Below, one piece after another: positions 1 through 13,655 of a stretch of DNA of 64,000 nucleotides. Where the stretch lies: NCBI GenBank assembly GCA_951406725.2, contig OX597814.1, positions 189,100,001-189,164,000 of the forward strand, written 5' to 3'. The first letter of the stretch is position 1. Each line of letters starts with the position of its first letter. Source of the stretch: Octopus vulgaris (Eukaryota). The notes below the pieces were generated by a model. That model was given only the letters and a program-made list of their open reading frames with translations, searched no databases and was not told the origin of the DNA. The position numbers were made by a program, and so were the translations under genes.

Positions 1-629
1 AGAATCAGACAAGAAATTTTGTGTCGTTTAGTTACAGATAAACCCTGATGAATGAGACCTATAACCAAATTTGTTGAAGGAACATTCATTTGTTTGTTTT
101 CATTTTCAATCAAAAGCCATGATCTAATTTGTACTTTTGTCAAAATGAAATTTGAAAGAGCAATAGCCGTAATAATTCGAACGTCGATAGAGATCAGATG
201 ATGTTTTATAAATAAGTAAATGAAAATAGCATTCTAATTTGCTAAATCACGTTCAGAAGCGAAATAGTAACGAAATTTTACTGAGAACCAACTTTCTAAT
301 GCTTAACTATGTATTGTAGCAACTAAATCTTTCAGTGTTAACTGATTTATATGTTATTAATAATTCAGAGCGTGTTTGGATTAACTTGATTTAGATATAA
401 TGATATAGAAATATAATATGATGTAAGGAGAGTAATTTTTGCAATATTATTTATGCAAATTAACTTTTTCCCGAAAGGTTTCTCAAATACATTTAAGAAG
501 TTTTGAAGAAAATATTTCATGAAATTCATAAATATCCTATTATAATGCATAACCTTTCTCTGATTACTCTCTCAGAGTTCGGATTCGGAAATATATATAT
601 ATAGTATCACAACTCTGCTATTAAATAAT

Positions 630-835
630 CGTTTCACATTTTGGTACAAGGTGAACAATTTTAACGGGAGAAGGTTACTAGTTTCCATCGACACCAGTGC
701 TTAATTGTAAATTATTTTATCAACCGCAAAAAGGTCGACATCAGTGGAATTTGAACTCAGAATGTAAAAAGCCGGGAAAAATCCAGCTACGAAATTTGTA
801 AAACTCACTGACGGTTCTACCTGTTCATCGCCTTT
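630..835 (-). mobile_element. Old SINE family A' copy (diverged)
   Basis: Diverged match to the SINE-A head and central domain (gaatttgaactcagaa, gtcgac) with the older tail ttttggtacaagg; similar copies at about 4940-5150, 16445-16630, 19215-19385, 41288-41490, 53865-54078, 54170-54367, 60868-61050. Confidence 0.65.
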
Positions 836-971
836 GTATTAAAAAGCAAAACAGAGGATGCATGAGACTGTTTGATAATAATTTGTCTCATCTATCTATC
901 TATCTATCTATCTAACTATCTATATATGTGTGTGTGTATGTGTGTGCGTGTGTGTGTGTGTGTGTGTGAGG

Positions 972-1531
972 TGTAATGGCCCAGTGGTTAGGGCGGCGAG
1001 CTGGCAGAAGGGCGGCAAGCTGGCAGAAGGGCGGCAAGCTGGCAGAAACGTTAGCACGCCGGGTGAAATGCGTAGCCGTATTTCGTCTGTCGTTACGTTG
1101 TGAGTTCAAATTCCACCGAGGTCGACTTTGCCTTTGATCCTTTCGGGGTCGATAAATTAAGTACCAGTTACGCACTGGGGTCGATGTAATCGACTTAATA
1201 CTTATGTCTGACCCCTCTATGTTTAGCCCCTTGTGGGTAATAAAGAAATAGGTTAGGGCAGCGAACTCGCGGTCGGAGAATCGCTGTTTCGATTCCCAGA
1301 CTGGGCGTTGTGTGTGTTTATTGAGCGAAAACATCTAAAGCTCCACGAGTCTCCGGCAGGGTAGTGGCGACCCCTGTTTTATTCTTTCGCTGCAACATTC
1401 TCTTACTCTTTCTTCCTGCTTCTTGAGCAACGCTGCGATGGACTCCCGTCTCGTCCAGCTGGGGGGGGGTGCACATACGCCACAGAAACCGGGAAACCGG
1501 GCCCATGAGCCTGGCTTGGCTTGAAAATGGC
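972..1531 (+). mobile_element. tRNA-derived SINE family C (V-domain-like), interrupted by a SINE-A insertion
   Basis: A-box tggcccagtggttag, B-box ggtttcgattccc, and gcgatggact..cgtc.cgtccag..cagaaaccggg resembling the V-SINE domain; homologous to 12657-12943 and 20357-20843. Confidence 0.85.
995..1250 (+). mobile_element. tRNA-derived SINE family A nested in SINE-C
   Basis: Head ggcgagctggcagaaacgttagc...gagttcaaattcc; central gactttgccttt.atcctttcggggtcgataaattaagtaccag (resembles Meta/MESC domain, from memory); target duplication ggttag(ggc) at 986-994 and 1251-1259. Confidence 0.9.
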
Positions 1532-1536
1532 GCACA

Positions 1537-1589
<53 letters not shown>

Positions 1590-2446
1590 TATATATACCG
1601 ATATATATATATGTATGGAGATAAATATAAATTGATCGGTTAAATGGGGTCGACTCGTTCTGTGGATCATGTCAATTGTGGCTAAGTGTTGTTATCTGTT
1701 TTCGGTTTTCAGTATCAAAATTAATGAAAATAGGTAGTTATTTACTTGATACAAGTAAAATATTTCGGGAAGATTTCGATCACATGTTGAGTTCAAGTTA
1801 CAATTATTACAATTATCGGTACTTCATGTTTAGTTTAATTTTTTTTTTTTTTTAAACTAATTATATGAAATATTTTGAAATTATTCATACAATTTTAGGG
1901 AGTTATGGACTATCAAAGTTCTGGTGTATTTTCATCTATTAGAGTTGTACAGAAAAATCATCTGTAAATAAATCTTTACTGCACATATATTTTGTAAGCG
2001 ATATCTTTGAATCAAGCGGATAACAAACGATGTTTTGTTGCTTTCATTATCAACTAAATTAGCCTGCAATTGACCCAATTAATATTTTCTTAATCCACTT
2101 GAACTGAGTTGCTTTCATTGAGTAATTTAAAGTCCGTAGAAGTCATTGTCGGAACTTATGAATCTGATTACACTTGAGTAATTAAAAAAACATCTAAAAC
2201 GATAGAAAAACATCACAGGCGATACATCAAACGAGTGTCCTGCTGATAAATATCAATAACAAAAATTTGCTTAGACTTAGTGGAACGAACTTTGCAAAAT
2301 TATGTATTTGTAAAACGCACTAAAAATTAAGAAGGAAAACATTTTTGTTTTATTTACATGACTGATACTTTACTGTTGACACGATACAGAATTCTAATTC
2401 TTCGCTGGCAGTACTAATTCAGTTTCTTTTATATTTCTTTTATTCT

Positions 2447-2770
2447 GTCTTTTACTTGTTTCAGTCATTTGATTGCGACCATGCTGGGGCACCGCCTCGA
2501 AAGGTTTTACTCGAACAAATCGATCCCACTACTTGTTTTTTAAGCCTAGTATTTATTCTATCGGTCTCTTTTAGCCAACACCGGTTGTTAGGCATTGATG
2601 GAGAAGGGGACGAACACAGACACAAGGACAAACACATAGATATATACCAATGCATATATGAGACGGGCCTCTTTCAGTTTCTGTCTACCAAATCCACTCA
2701 CAAGGCTTTTGTCGGTCCGAGGATATAGTAGAAGACAATTGCTGAAGGAGCCACGCAGTGGAACTGAAAC
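2447..2770 (-). mobile_element. SINE family B copy (diverged, internally deleted)
   Basis: Reverse complement of family-B body and tail (ttacttgtttcagtcatttga...ctaccaaatccactcacaaggc). Confidence 0.8.
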
Positions 2771-2829
2771 GCATTAACTCCGTATGAGTGTGTGTGCAAT
2801 TATGTATGTATGGATGGATGGATGTATGA

Positions 2830-3050
2830 GTGAGGGTGCGTAGCGTAGTGGTAAGTGTGCTGCACTCAAGTTTGTGAGCTCGTGGGTTCAATTCCAAGAC
2901 AGGGTGGTGTATTGTATACTTGAGCAAAACACTTCATGAGCTTGTAAAGTTCAGATGAGCTTGGTACGCCATCCACTTGTACAAATGTCGATTTGATGTA
3001 TTGAATGATCACAAATATTTAATCACTACAAACAAATCATCTGCGCATAT
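2830..3050 (+). mobile_element. Old tRNA/CORE-type SINE remnant
   Basis: tagcgtagtggtaag (A-box-like), gggttcaattcc (B-box-like), cttgagcaaaacactt (CORE-like). Confidence 0.55.
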
Positions 3051-3095
3051 TGTATACGCACTTGTGTAACCACACACAAATATACACACACAGAT

Positions 3096-3128
<33 letters not shown>

Positions 3129-3208
3129 AGTACATGCGCATATATGCGCAGTAGCAATAGGGATACTATCGTGAAATATATATAAGTGAAAATATCAAAA
3201 TATCTTAA

Positions 3209-3615
3209 GCGGCAGAAGTGGCTGTCTGGTAAGTAACTTGCTTACCAACCACATGGCTCCGGGTTCAGTCCCACTGCGTGGCATCTTGGGCAAGTGTCTT
3301 CTGCTATAGCCCCGACCAATGCCTTGTGAGTGGATTTGGTAGACGGAAACTGAAAGAAGCCTGTCGTATATATGTATATATATGTATATATATGTGTGTG
3401 TGTATATGTATTTTGTGTTTGTTCCCCTAGCATTGCTTGACAACCGATGCTTGTGTGTTTACGTCCCCGTCACTTAGCGGTTCGGCAAAAGAGACCGATA
3501 GAATAAGTACTGGGCTTACAAAGAATAAGTCCCGGGGTCGATTTACTTGACTAAAGGCGGTGCTCCAGCATGGCCGCAGTCAAATGACTGAAACAAGTAA
3601 AAGAGTAAAAGAGTA
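3209..3615 (+). mobile_element. SINE family B (tRNA head, CORE-like domain, internal microsatellite, CR1-like tail)
   Basis: gtggctgtctggtaag / gggttcagtccc boxes, gtggcatcttgggcaagtgtctt (CORE-like), internal (TA)n(TG)n, tail ggcggtgctccagcatggccgcagtcaaatgactgaaacaa(gtaaaaga)n; more than 10 copies in the window. Confidence 0.9.
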
Positions 3616-3870
3616 ATGAGAGAACGCTTCAGTATAAAACACTTCGAAACATTTTTCCCAATATATAATAGTGTGTGTATGTGTTTGTGTGTGTGTGTTT
3701 GTGTGTTTGTGTGTGTGTTGTGTGTGTGTGTGAGTGCATGTATATGCCTATGCCTGTCTTTATGTTTGGGTTTGTTCCCCGCAACTTTTGATATCCAGAG
3801 TTGCTTTCTACCTTTACGTCCGCATTAAAAAAAAAAAGAAACCCAAGATAAAAATTAAGTACCAGATTGT

Positions 3871-4256
3871 AAAAGATCTCTTGAAATAGAAATTAGCAAA
3901 ATGTGAAACCTCAAGACTAAAACAATACATGTTGTCATAGGTGCCCTGGGAATGATAGCAAAAGGGGCTGATTGTTAACTATCTCAGATACCAGGAAACT
4001 CCAAAATTCAAATGATAGTGCTCATGGGAACTGTCCATATCCTACGTAAAATACTGTCTATGTAATCTCAAATTTTAAAACAAACCCATAATTTTCTTAT
4101 GTTTTCTTAGATCTTCTCTAGAACAATACTCTGTGCAAAAACCAAATATACAACACTCTAGGCATAACACCAACATGAACTTCTAACTTGTTGTCTCTTG
4201 AGATCTTTGCGTGAGGCCTGGAGCCAACTTGTACAAATACAAAGGAAAAGTCAAAC
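3871..4256 (+). mobile_element. 3' end of Dong/R4-clade (RLE) non-LTR retrotransposon, pseudogenised
   Basis: Broken frames read LEIEISKM*NLKTKTIHVVIGALGMIAKG..SQIPGN..IQMIVLMGTVHILRKILSM* (stop 4063-4065), the C-terminal restriction-like endonuclease region of R4/Dong ORFs; 3' UTR ends directly in (AAT)n, the known Dong target. Confidence 0.85.
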
Positions 4257-4309
<53 letters not shown>

Positions 4310-4367
4310 CAATAATAATAATAACAACAACAACAAAAACAATAATAGTAATAATAATAATAATAAA

Positions 4368-4922
4368 TACCCAGATGTAGTACGGGGCAGTGGCTCTCAT
4401 GTCTCCCGATCTTAACTGATTGGAAGTTTTATCATGTACGTTGTTTTGTCTTGGTATAAAAGATGGGCTATAGCAAATATTCTGCTAAATACCACAGATT
4501 TGTTTATCAGTTGCTTGACCATAACCTGATGAGCATGTCCCTTAGTGGCTGACGATATATGCAGCTCTGATCACGAGCAGAAGTAGTGGGGGAGCATCAT
4601 AGCCATGTGTTAAAAAGAATTATTTTGGGTTTGAATAATTCACCTCTGGAAACATGAGTATCTTGTTCATCATCTTTAAGCAGCCCTTATTCAGGGACCT
4701 TTTGAGCGGGGTGGGCTACTCGACCAGAAGAAAATTCTAACTGGGCCCCACCTGCAAGGTTGTGTGCTGTTTATCTTGATATGAGATCATCATGTCGCGC
4801 ACATATGGTTGTGATGCATGTGCCTGGTGTACTCTATCAGACGGGTAGTCATGATGGGTATACTGGGCTTTGTATATTTTTACCCCAGTGTCACTTTGAA
4901 GGCATGCACTGCTCTTTCACTC
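4368..4922 (+). mobile_element. Element D: ~555-bp non-coding repeat inserted in (TAA)n
   Basis: Collinear over its full length with the reverse complement of 45879-46433; 3' part also at 60614-60750; all copies end ...cactc|aataat and sit in TAA tracts. Confidence 0.85.
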
Positions 4923-5239
4923 AATAATGTTAATAATAAACATTTGTGCTATAGGCACCATGCCAGAAATTTTAGGGAAAGAGCCTAGTTGAATACACCT
5001 ACCCAAGTACGCAACAGAAGCTTATTTTATCGACCCCGAAGAATGAACGGCAAAGTCAACCTCGGTGTCATTCGAAATCAGAACCCAAAGTTCGAGAGGA
5101 AATGCTACTCAGCATTTTCTGCGTTGCGCTAACAATTTTGCCAGTTCAGAATTTCCCATGTAGGTCACCTTAATATAAAAATTACAGAAAACAAACAGTA
5201 GAAATATAGAGTAGATGTAGCGGTATTATTGATTCTCAC

Positions 5240-5379
5240 CTTACTGGAATCTGGTTCCACATGATGTGTCCTGCTGCGGTGTTGATGCTTGACGTAGCTC
5301 GGTCCTCCACACATATGTGGGTGATATCTGGAAATGACGTAACCGTTAGTCGAACCCGGATGAGCTAACATTTCCATAC
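5240..5379 (-). CDS. Isolated 140-nt coding exon of an unidentified host gene: MEMLAHPGSTNGYVISRYHPHMCGGPSYVKHQHRSRTHHVEPDSSK
   Basis: Non-repetitive, GC-elevated island; pyrimidine-rich acceptor ctctgcttcgttgctatcacag|GT and donor AAG|gtgaga on the minus strand; only one of three frames is open across it. No protein family recognised. Confidence 0.6.
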
Positions 5380-6755
5380 CTGTGATAGCAACGAAGCAGA
5401 GCGTCAAAGAATGTCTAGACACCATATGAAAGTTTCATTATGTTCTTTATAAAATATCTAGTTTTGAATCATTAGTAATAGAAAATCTGTGTTGCAGATT
5501 ATTTACTTTTTATCCCAACAGATGAAGTTATAATTAAAATAAAACCATTTCTGTGTCACTTTTCTAGCAATCACGTAATTGAGAGAATCTTACCATTACC
5601 GTCTATTCATGGAATTTCAATGAATTCTTCCTGTTTTATTGGAGTGTGTTCATATTTAGCTGACAAGCTTTTGTATAGAAATTTCTAGTTAATATTTTGT
5701 TTTACTTGAAATGAAAAATTTGAAAGTAAGTAACCGTCTAACAACATAGACAAAAACACTATTTGAAAATTATAAGCATATAATTTAAGAATCAGAAATT
5801 TATCATCAAAAATAAATTAGAGAGGATGACAACTCGACAGAATGTGTAATGTTTTACGTTTCTTGCCCTTTGTGTAATCATTACTTTATAACTGGCTTAA
5901 TGTTAATTGAAACAATTATATTTTTTTACAAGACTATCATTAACGTGACGATATTAATATGATAAAGTTATAGAAATTCTATTGATATTAAACTGCAGTC
6001 CTAAATACTAAACTTAGAACTAGTTCAACACTGTATTGATTACACAGGCTATTAATTCTAAGCTTAGGCAGAAGCAGCAGGGTTTGTTGGCGATGTACAA
6101 CGAATTCTGTGTATTATCATTTGTAACGTCAGTTGTTTCAGCGTCACATCATCATCATAGTAATTTTGACTGTTACTCATAGAAAAGTTTTCTCACCAAA
6201 CGCAATAATTGTAAGTAAATGTATTTAGGGAATGTTGGCATACAAGAAGGTTATTCCATATAATCAGAGAAAATAGTTTAATTGCGCAAGTTATTTTCTT
6301 GCTAAATCTTCGAAGCCCCCCTTTCACCCGAAGGTCTCTGGGAAACACATAACAACAGAAATGAGGAGTAAGAACCTATGGCGTCATGAAGACGTCAGTT
6401 CCTGCTATATGCCAACACCCAAACTGCCAAATTAATGACATTAATGTTAAGACTATGGTGTCTAACAACTCCTAATCTCCGAAGAGATAATTGGGGTAAA
6501 AACAACCGGTTTCCGATTTTTCCCATCGACACACAGGCACGCATACACTCACACACCAGAACACAATGCAACATACACACAATGCAACATACAGACAATA
6601 CAACATACACACAAATACAGAAACTCATAGACACATGTGCACGTAGAAGAAAATGTGTTTCAGTTTACACTGATGTGCAAATACTTGCAAACCTATGTGC
6701 TCATCCTTAGCCATATACACGAGCAGACATGTAAATTTTCTTTATTCCACATACA

Positions 6756-7161
6756 GGCCTAGGAGTGGCTGTGTGGCAAGTAACTTGCTTACAAACCACA
6801 TAGTTCCGGGTTCAGTCCCACTGTGTGGCACTTTCGGCAAGTGTCTTCTACTATAGCCTCGGCCGACCAACGCCTTGTGAGTGGATTTGGTAGACGGAAA
6901 CTGAAAGAAGCCCGTCGTATATATATTTACATGTGTGTGTGTTTGTGTGCGTGTGTGTGTGTGTGCGTTTGTGTATGTTTGTTTGTCTGTGTTTGTCCCC
7001 CCAATATCGCTTGATAACCGATGTTGGTGCGTTTAAGTCCCCGTAACATAGCGGTTCGGCAAAACAGACCAATAGTCCTGCGGGTCGATTTGTTCGACTA
7101 AAGGCGGTGCTCCAGCATGGCCACAGTCACATGACTGAAACAAGTAATAGAGTAAAAGAGA
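6756..7161 (+). mobile_element. SINE family B
   Basis: Head-to-tail match to 3209-3615 with a small internal deletion. Confidence 0.9.
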
Positions 7162-8384
7162 TACATATCAGTAATTCTTCATATATGTTTGTGTGTATCT
7201 GCGCATGCGTGTGCATGCGTTTGCGTGAGCGTCTAAAGAAGAACCATTGTCTATTTATGCATTTTTATATTACATTGCGCACATAATGTAGTGATATTTC
7301 AAAGTAAGATGAAAGTCTAAGCTCTCTTTCTTTCATTCCATATTCTTCTTCCCTGCCAGAGTATCAAGTAATTGGAAATTATACGTTAATTACTTCATTA
7401 GATACCGAAAAGAAATGGTAACACATTATTGCATTTAGTAATATAATAGACGGCAAACATAACGCTCACACACTATTTCCCTGAGTAAATCCTCTTTGAT
7501 ATCCTAAAACATTTATCTTCGTAATACCTCTTTCAATCAAATGTTAGAGTTGCAGGTCAACAACAATCTTATGTAATGGCGTCTCCTGTTTGACTTTCTG
7601 GAAAACTGTTGTACTTTGTTATATTATATTTTGTCATTCTCATACATTGACATAAATTTTCTCTTCCTTCAAAGTAATATATTCCCATCCTTATATGTAG
7701 TTTTTTTTTTTCTCTTACGAGTTCTCTCGTGTCATTTCTTGTTCTAGCATTTAGCATCTCAATTAAGAGAATCACAGACCTTGTTGTGGTTGAACTTAAT
7801 CCTCACCTTTTACTGCTTTTTCCTTTATTCTCCCTTCCATTCCCTCTCTGTCTCAGCCTCACTCATCCTTTCTTAGCACATATCCATTTACTTTGGTTAT
7901 TTTCCATTATGTTCTCTTTTATTTATTGTAATACTATTCATATATTTCTTTAGTTTAATTGCGAGTGAGTTAAGCAGCGCGGTACTGTGTGTGTTCTGGC
8001 TACCTCTCGTGTTCCCTTTCCACTATGCTTTCGTTGCATTCCTCCTTCTTCCTCATTCTCTTCTCACTTCCCCAATATTTCTATCTTTCGATCTATCATC
8101 TTCTTTCAACCTGTCTGCAAACGCACTCACACAAAAAAACCTGCGTAAATTTTCGTTTCTCATAGGCGCTTCTGCTACCTCCATATCTCGCTCTTCCATT
8201 CTCCCACATGTCATCTCGTTTAATGTCACCCTGTGTCCTTTTCTGCTTTACTATCTAACAGGTTCTTCTTTAAGCTTATTAGTGCATACTTAACAAGGCA
8301 CGAATAATCACGAAGGCGCCGGTATTTTCATACGTCTATGTATTAATATACATAGCCACTTTCTGAATGCTGCATATTCCAAGT

Positions 8385-8385
8385 G

Positions 8386-8430
<45 letters not shown>

Positions 8431-8832
8431 TAAACACGTGCACACAAACACACACATATCGCGATGCATGACCAATATTGGCCATTTATTACTTGCAACT
8501 TCACGTCGTACTTTCACGCAGTCATACACACACACAAAACCAAACACAATCTTTCAAGCACATTAACACACATATGCATAGACAGACTGTTTCCTCAAAC
8601 CTACATGAACGTGAGTGGATGTCTAAGTAGACAAAATTATCTGAGTATATATATATATATATATATATATACATACATATATGTGTGTAACTACGTGCAT
8701 ACATATACATACATATATATGTATGTATATATATAAATATATACACACACACATATATATATAAGTATATATGTGTATAGAATTTTATGCTTCTCTGTGT
8801 GTATATTCAGACATACCTACATATATATATAT

Positions 8833-8866
<34 letters not shown>

Positions 8867-8900
8867 ACATACATACATACATATACACATATATATATCC
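8385..8900. repeat. (CA)n/(TA)n/(TACA)n microsatellite cluster
   Basis: Directly visible dinucleotide and tetranucleotide runs. Confidence 0.9.
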
Positions 8901-9540
8901 TCATTTGTGCAAGTGCATTGGAGCAATTACGGTTGTATTAAACAGTAATTATGATATCCTTAAGATATATTACTTAGCTTTTCCGCTTTTCCCTAATTAA
9001 CAATGACCTCTACTAAAGAATACTCAGAAAATGTGACATTGCGCGCATTTCAAAAATTCCCTAAACCTAATAAGTAAACGAAAATTAACACAACATTACT
9101 TCATTTCTTCAGAAAATAGCGAAAAAAGTCAAAGTTAAAATTATAATATTATTCCTGAGGATAATCGAATGATGTGGTTTTGGTTGCGTTTTCATTATAA
9201 AATACTTCATAACATTCTGATAATTTTAACACTTTCTATAATATCATGTACATTTCTGATCAAAACTATTTCGGTTCATATCGTATATCAATGCTACAAT
9301 GATGATCAATCAAACTTTTACGCTATGTACGATATATTTCATGTGGTACTAAATATTTAGCTATATACGTTTTTCTATCATTAACGTAAAATACTTTCTC
9401 ACTTCCCAAGCGTTAAACTAATACATCTGTTTGTTGTGTACACACCCGTCTTCGTCTTTTGTTTATTTTTTTTGTTTGTTTTTTTTTGTAAATTTTCATT
9501 TTATATATACACAAACACACATATCGATAGATTTTTTTGT

Positions 9541-9793
9541 TTATTCTTGTTTCAGACATTTGACTGCGGCCATGCTGGAGCACCGCCTTTTAGTCGAGCA
9601 AATCGACCCCAGGACTTATTCTTTGTAAGCCCTGTACTTATTCTATCGGTCTCTTTTGCCGAACCGCTAAGTTACGGGGACGTAAACACACCAGCATCGG
9701 TTGTCAAGTGATGTTGGGCGGGGGTCGGAAACAAACGCAGACACACAAACGCCACACGCATATATATATACATATACATATATACGACGGGCT
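9541..9793 (-). mobile_element. SINE family B, 3' half
   Basis: Reverse complement of family-B tail and internal microsatellite; head missing. Confidence 0.85.
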
Positions 9794-10496
9794 TGAAAAA
9801 TTCTTGAAACCTGAGATTATCTCCCTTTCTTCTTTGGAGCTGGAACCAATTACCACCAAGTGATTGTTTTACCAAACCCACATAGTTTTCCATACGCTAT
9901 GGTATTGCTATAATTTTTTAAAAACTGCCAGAATCTACTAAGACCAGACAAACATTTTATAAAAGTGAAATATCATGTATGTATGTGTAAAAGCGTGAAA
10001 GCGCTGTGTTTTAAGGATAAATCATCCATAGTCACATTTAATTAAGGAAACTAGTGTTAGGCATAAAGTATTTCTAGGCACAATAAAATTAATCAAGTTT
10101 AAAATTTAAAGCAAAAATATATAAATAAAATTTATTTAACGGAGTAATACAAATGGTAAGTAAAACATGGTGTACATCTTAAAATAAACGTACGAATTCT
10201 GCTTTTTCTTTTTCATAAATCGTAAATCTTTGAAAATTAATAGCTTCATTTTAGTTTCAGGTCTCATTACGTTTCCGCTATTTTTTCCTTGCATTTATAC
10301 AGAAAGACACTGAGAATTGAACTTAAATATAACTTCATGAATGTTTTTTCTTACTAAAATAATGCTTGCTAATGATTGTTCAGCTATTACAAAATATCAG
10401 CAACACTAATTATAAAAGAAGAAACTTTAGAAACTAAGACAAGTTTTATTTAAAGCTTGACTACTATAAGATATACATCAAGAACAAACTGAATAT

Positions 10497-10914
10497 CTAT
10501 TTCTTTACTACTCACAAGGGGCTAAACATAGAGAGGACAAACAAGGACAGACAAACGAATTTAGTCGATTACAATGACCCCAGTGCGTGACTGGTACTTA
10601 ATTTATCGACCCCGAAAGGATGAAAGGTAAAGTCGACGTCGGCGGAATTTGAACTCAGAACATAGCGGCAGAGGAAATACCTATTTCTTTACTACCCACA
10701 AGGGACTAAACACAGAAGAGACAAACAAGGACAGACAAACGGATTAAGTCGATTCTATCGACCCCAGTGCGTAACTGGTATTTATTTAATCGACCCCGAA
10801 AGGATGAAAGGCAAAGTCGACCTCGGCGGAATTTGAACTCACAACGTAACGCAGACGAAATACCGCTAAGCATTTCGCCCGGCGTGCTAACGTTTCTGCC
10901 GGCTCGCCGCCTTT
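10497..10914 (-). mobile_element. SINE family A dimer (head + two 184-bp units)
   Basis: Units start at 10498 and 10682 (tatttctttactac...); junction gaaatacctatttc. Confidence 0.9.
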
Positions 10915-12108
10915 CAACAACACATTGAATATCTTTCTATCTAAGGTTTGCTTTACGCGCAACCTTGATATAACTATAGCAGAGACACCAGAGACGTGGC
11001 TCTAACATTTTAAATAATAGCAGTTCAATACGATACTTCAGGAATAAAGGAAGTTAAACATAGCAGATTCGATTTAATTCCTCTCAAACGTAAATTACGT
11101 TAAGCTTTTGAAATGCCTTTGTGTCTTCAAACTCCTACTAGATTTGGAGTTGAATACCTCTCGTATTCCCCTAAGATTTTAAACTACTTTAAATTACGTT
11201 CGTTTTAACTTGTAACGTAAGCTTGTTCTGTTCTGTAGTATCACACCTGCCATCTTTTATATAGACTGCCGAGCGTAGCAAAAACATCGTTGAATGACAA
11301 AATAACAGAGTAATGAATAGAAAAGCACCAGCAGTTGGGCGTGCAGTTTCTGTCAAAATTTGATATTTATTTCCTTAAGATACAAAAGGCCTTTTGTCGA
11401 AAATGACATTGATAAGTGCTGAGCCCTTACGAAACTATTATCTCCTTATGGAAATGATGGCATTACAAATGTTACAATAAAATGTTACATAATTTACTGA
11501 TGTGGGTTTGAAGAACAAAATTTAGTTTAATCATACTCAGGTGCACAAATAGAGTAGAAACGTTTCGTAAACTGAAAAAAGGCAAATGAACGTGACAGGT
11601 GAATTTATTTAGATGCCATATAACATATACTTTTTGATTAAAAATTCTAAAAGAAAAAAATAGTCATCAGGTATAGAGATACACAAATACTCACACACAT
11701 ACAAACAAACGTACATATATACCAGATAACTTTATTTTTTTCCTTATATATGCATGTTGGTATATATGTATGTATGCATGTACATACATACAACACTGCA
11801 ACTCTGCAACACTGTATATAAATTCTCTACTGGGAATGACCAGGTTTAAAAATCTGCTGGATCTCACTCATAAGGGAATCTTACATTGCTTATAAACTCT
11901 GTATTTGGAAGGACTCATATTAAACTCTGTTGGACTTTTGGACTTTACTCATAGGATATTGGAATATTGAATATATACCATTATGCCTATAAAATGCATT
12001 TACAACTTCAATGCCCATACATATCTTACATCTATTTTCTTTCCTCCACTTCACTCTCTATTTAGTATCACATCTAAACTAACTATGATTTAACTATCCT
12101 CTCACACC

Positions 12109-12160
12109 GTCTCCGATGAAGGGATATCTTTAATAAATATCCTAGAAACAGCTGTAAGAT
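12109..12160 (+). ncRNA. Degenerate minimal type-I hammerhead ribozyme motif (Penelope-pLTR-like)
   Basis: gtct-CCGATGA-a-gggatat..atatcct-a-GAA-ACAGCTGT-A-agat: stem I gtct/agat, stem II gggatat/atatcct, palindromic stem III, GUA triplet; core U4>C. Confidence 0.5.
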
Positions 12161-12656
12161 CTTCTATCTATAAATGCTCTAATATCTACACAGCCTTGGT
12201 TTTTATCTTATTACACAAAAAAATTCTTATATATATATATGCATATATATGTATATTAGATTGCCACCCACTTAATTGAGTAACATAATTATGTATCGTA
12301 TTCCCAATAGGTAATAAAATTAAGACGATATTTGTTCAAATATTGTTTTAAAAACTACCTAATGAAAACAAGAAATAAATTGTTATTTCCATATATTTGT
12401 TCGATATTTGAATGCATTTTGTCAATATTAGGATCTCCAATAGCTGAAACATGCTGGCAATCATAGTAATTAAATATGCAAAATATACTGTTACCATGCA
12501 GCTATGCATATCTTAGAATATTTTATTGAATTTTGCCTTGTGTGCGATTGATTTCTAACCGGTAAATGTCTAACCGGTAGTATATCCAAGTAATAAAATA
12601 TAAAATGTAAAGCTTATAAAATCCTAGAATAACCACTTAACCAATAATATAAAATG

Positions 12657-12943
12657 ATTTTTTTCGCCCTTTTCAAGCCTAGCCAGGCTCATGGGCCCGG
12701 CTTCCAGGTTTCTGTGGTGTATGTGCCCCCTCCCCCCAGCTGGACGGGACGCCAGTCCATCGCAGCGTTATTCGAGAAGCAGGAAGAGAGAATGATAGAA
12801 AGTTGTGACGAAAGAGTACAACAGGGGTTGCCACCACCCCCTTTCGGAGCCTCGTGGAGCTTTTAGGTGTTTTCGCTCAATAAACACACACAACGCCCGG
12901 TCTGGGAATCGAAACCCCGAATCCGCTGCCCTAACCACTGGGC
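12657..12943 (-). mobile_element. SINE family C
   Basis: Reverse complement of family C; 10-bp TSD atataaaatg at 12647-12656 and 12944-12953. Confidence 0.9.
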
Positions 12944-13655
12944 ATATAAAATGTAGAGAAACAAAATAGAAAATTATATTTTTACTTCAAGAAATAAAAC
13001 AAATAAACTGGATTGTTTTACTCCTGTAGTTTTTTCTTAATCTGTTGAGGCAGTAGATCTGTATGACCTATATTCCATTTCAAGGACATCCGATATTGAT
13101 AGGGGAAGAAGGAAATAGAATCCATCGCTCAAGAAGTAGGGGTTAAACTAGGAGAGATATTAAGTCTATCAATCAAATTTTCTGACATACTATTACAGAC
13201 AATATAGTAATCAATCATGCAAATTGTTCTAAATTATCCAGTAAATATCCAGTATAATGTATTGATACTAAAGAAAAAATACGTATTCAGATAATACTAA
13301 TAAATCGTGTGAAGCAGTGTTGTTACAGTGACTACGCTTTTACCTTCTGTCTATCATTGAATTCCAAGAGTGTGCTAGAAATGATCAGTACTAAAATCCA
13401 ATACAAATGAATTTATTACTGCTGCAGATATTTTAAAATCAGGTCGACAAATTATTAAATTAGATGCAAGGTTTCCTTTCGGTATGCATTCACTTTTCAC
13501 AGCGATTGTAATCCATGCAGAAAATTAATTACGTGTTCTTTAATATAACAGATCAAGAATAAATTATTCTTCTCTCACCAGCCAATTATTGTTATACACG
13601 AAATCTTTACCATCTTATCAAGATAGGCTTTCGAATGCACTTTGATTAATATTGG

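Noticed and set aside
4565-4600. U1 snRNA-like words (gatcacga, gtagtggggga) in element D
   Set aside because: Two short words with the wrong spacing and no other U1 similarity; probably chance.
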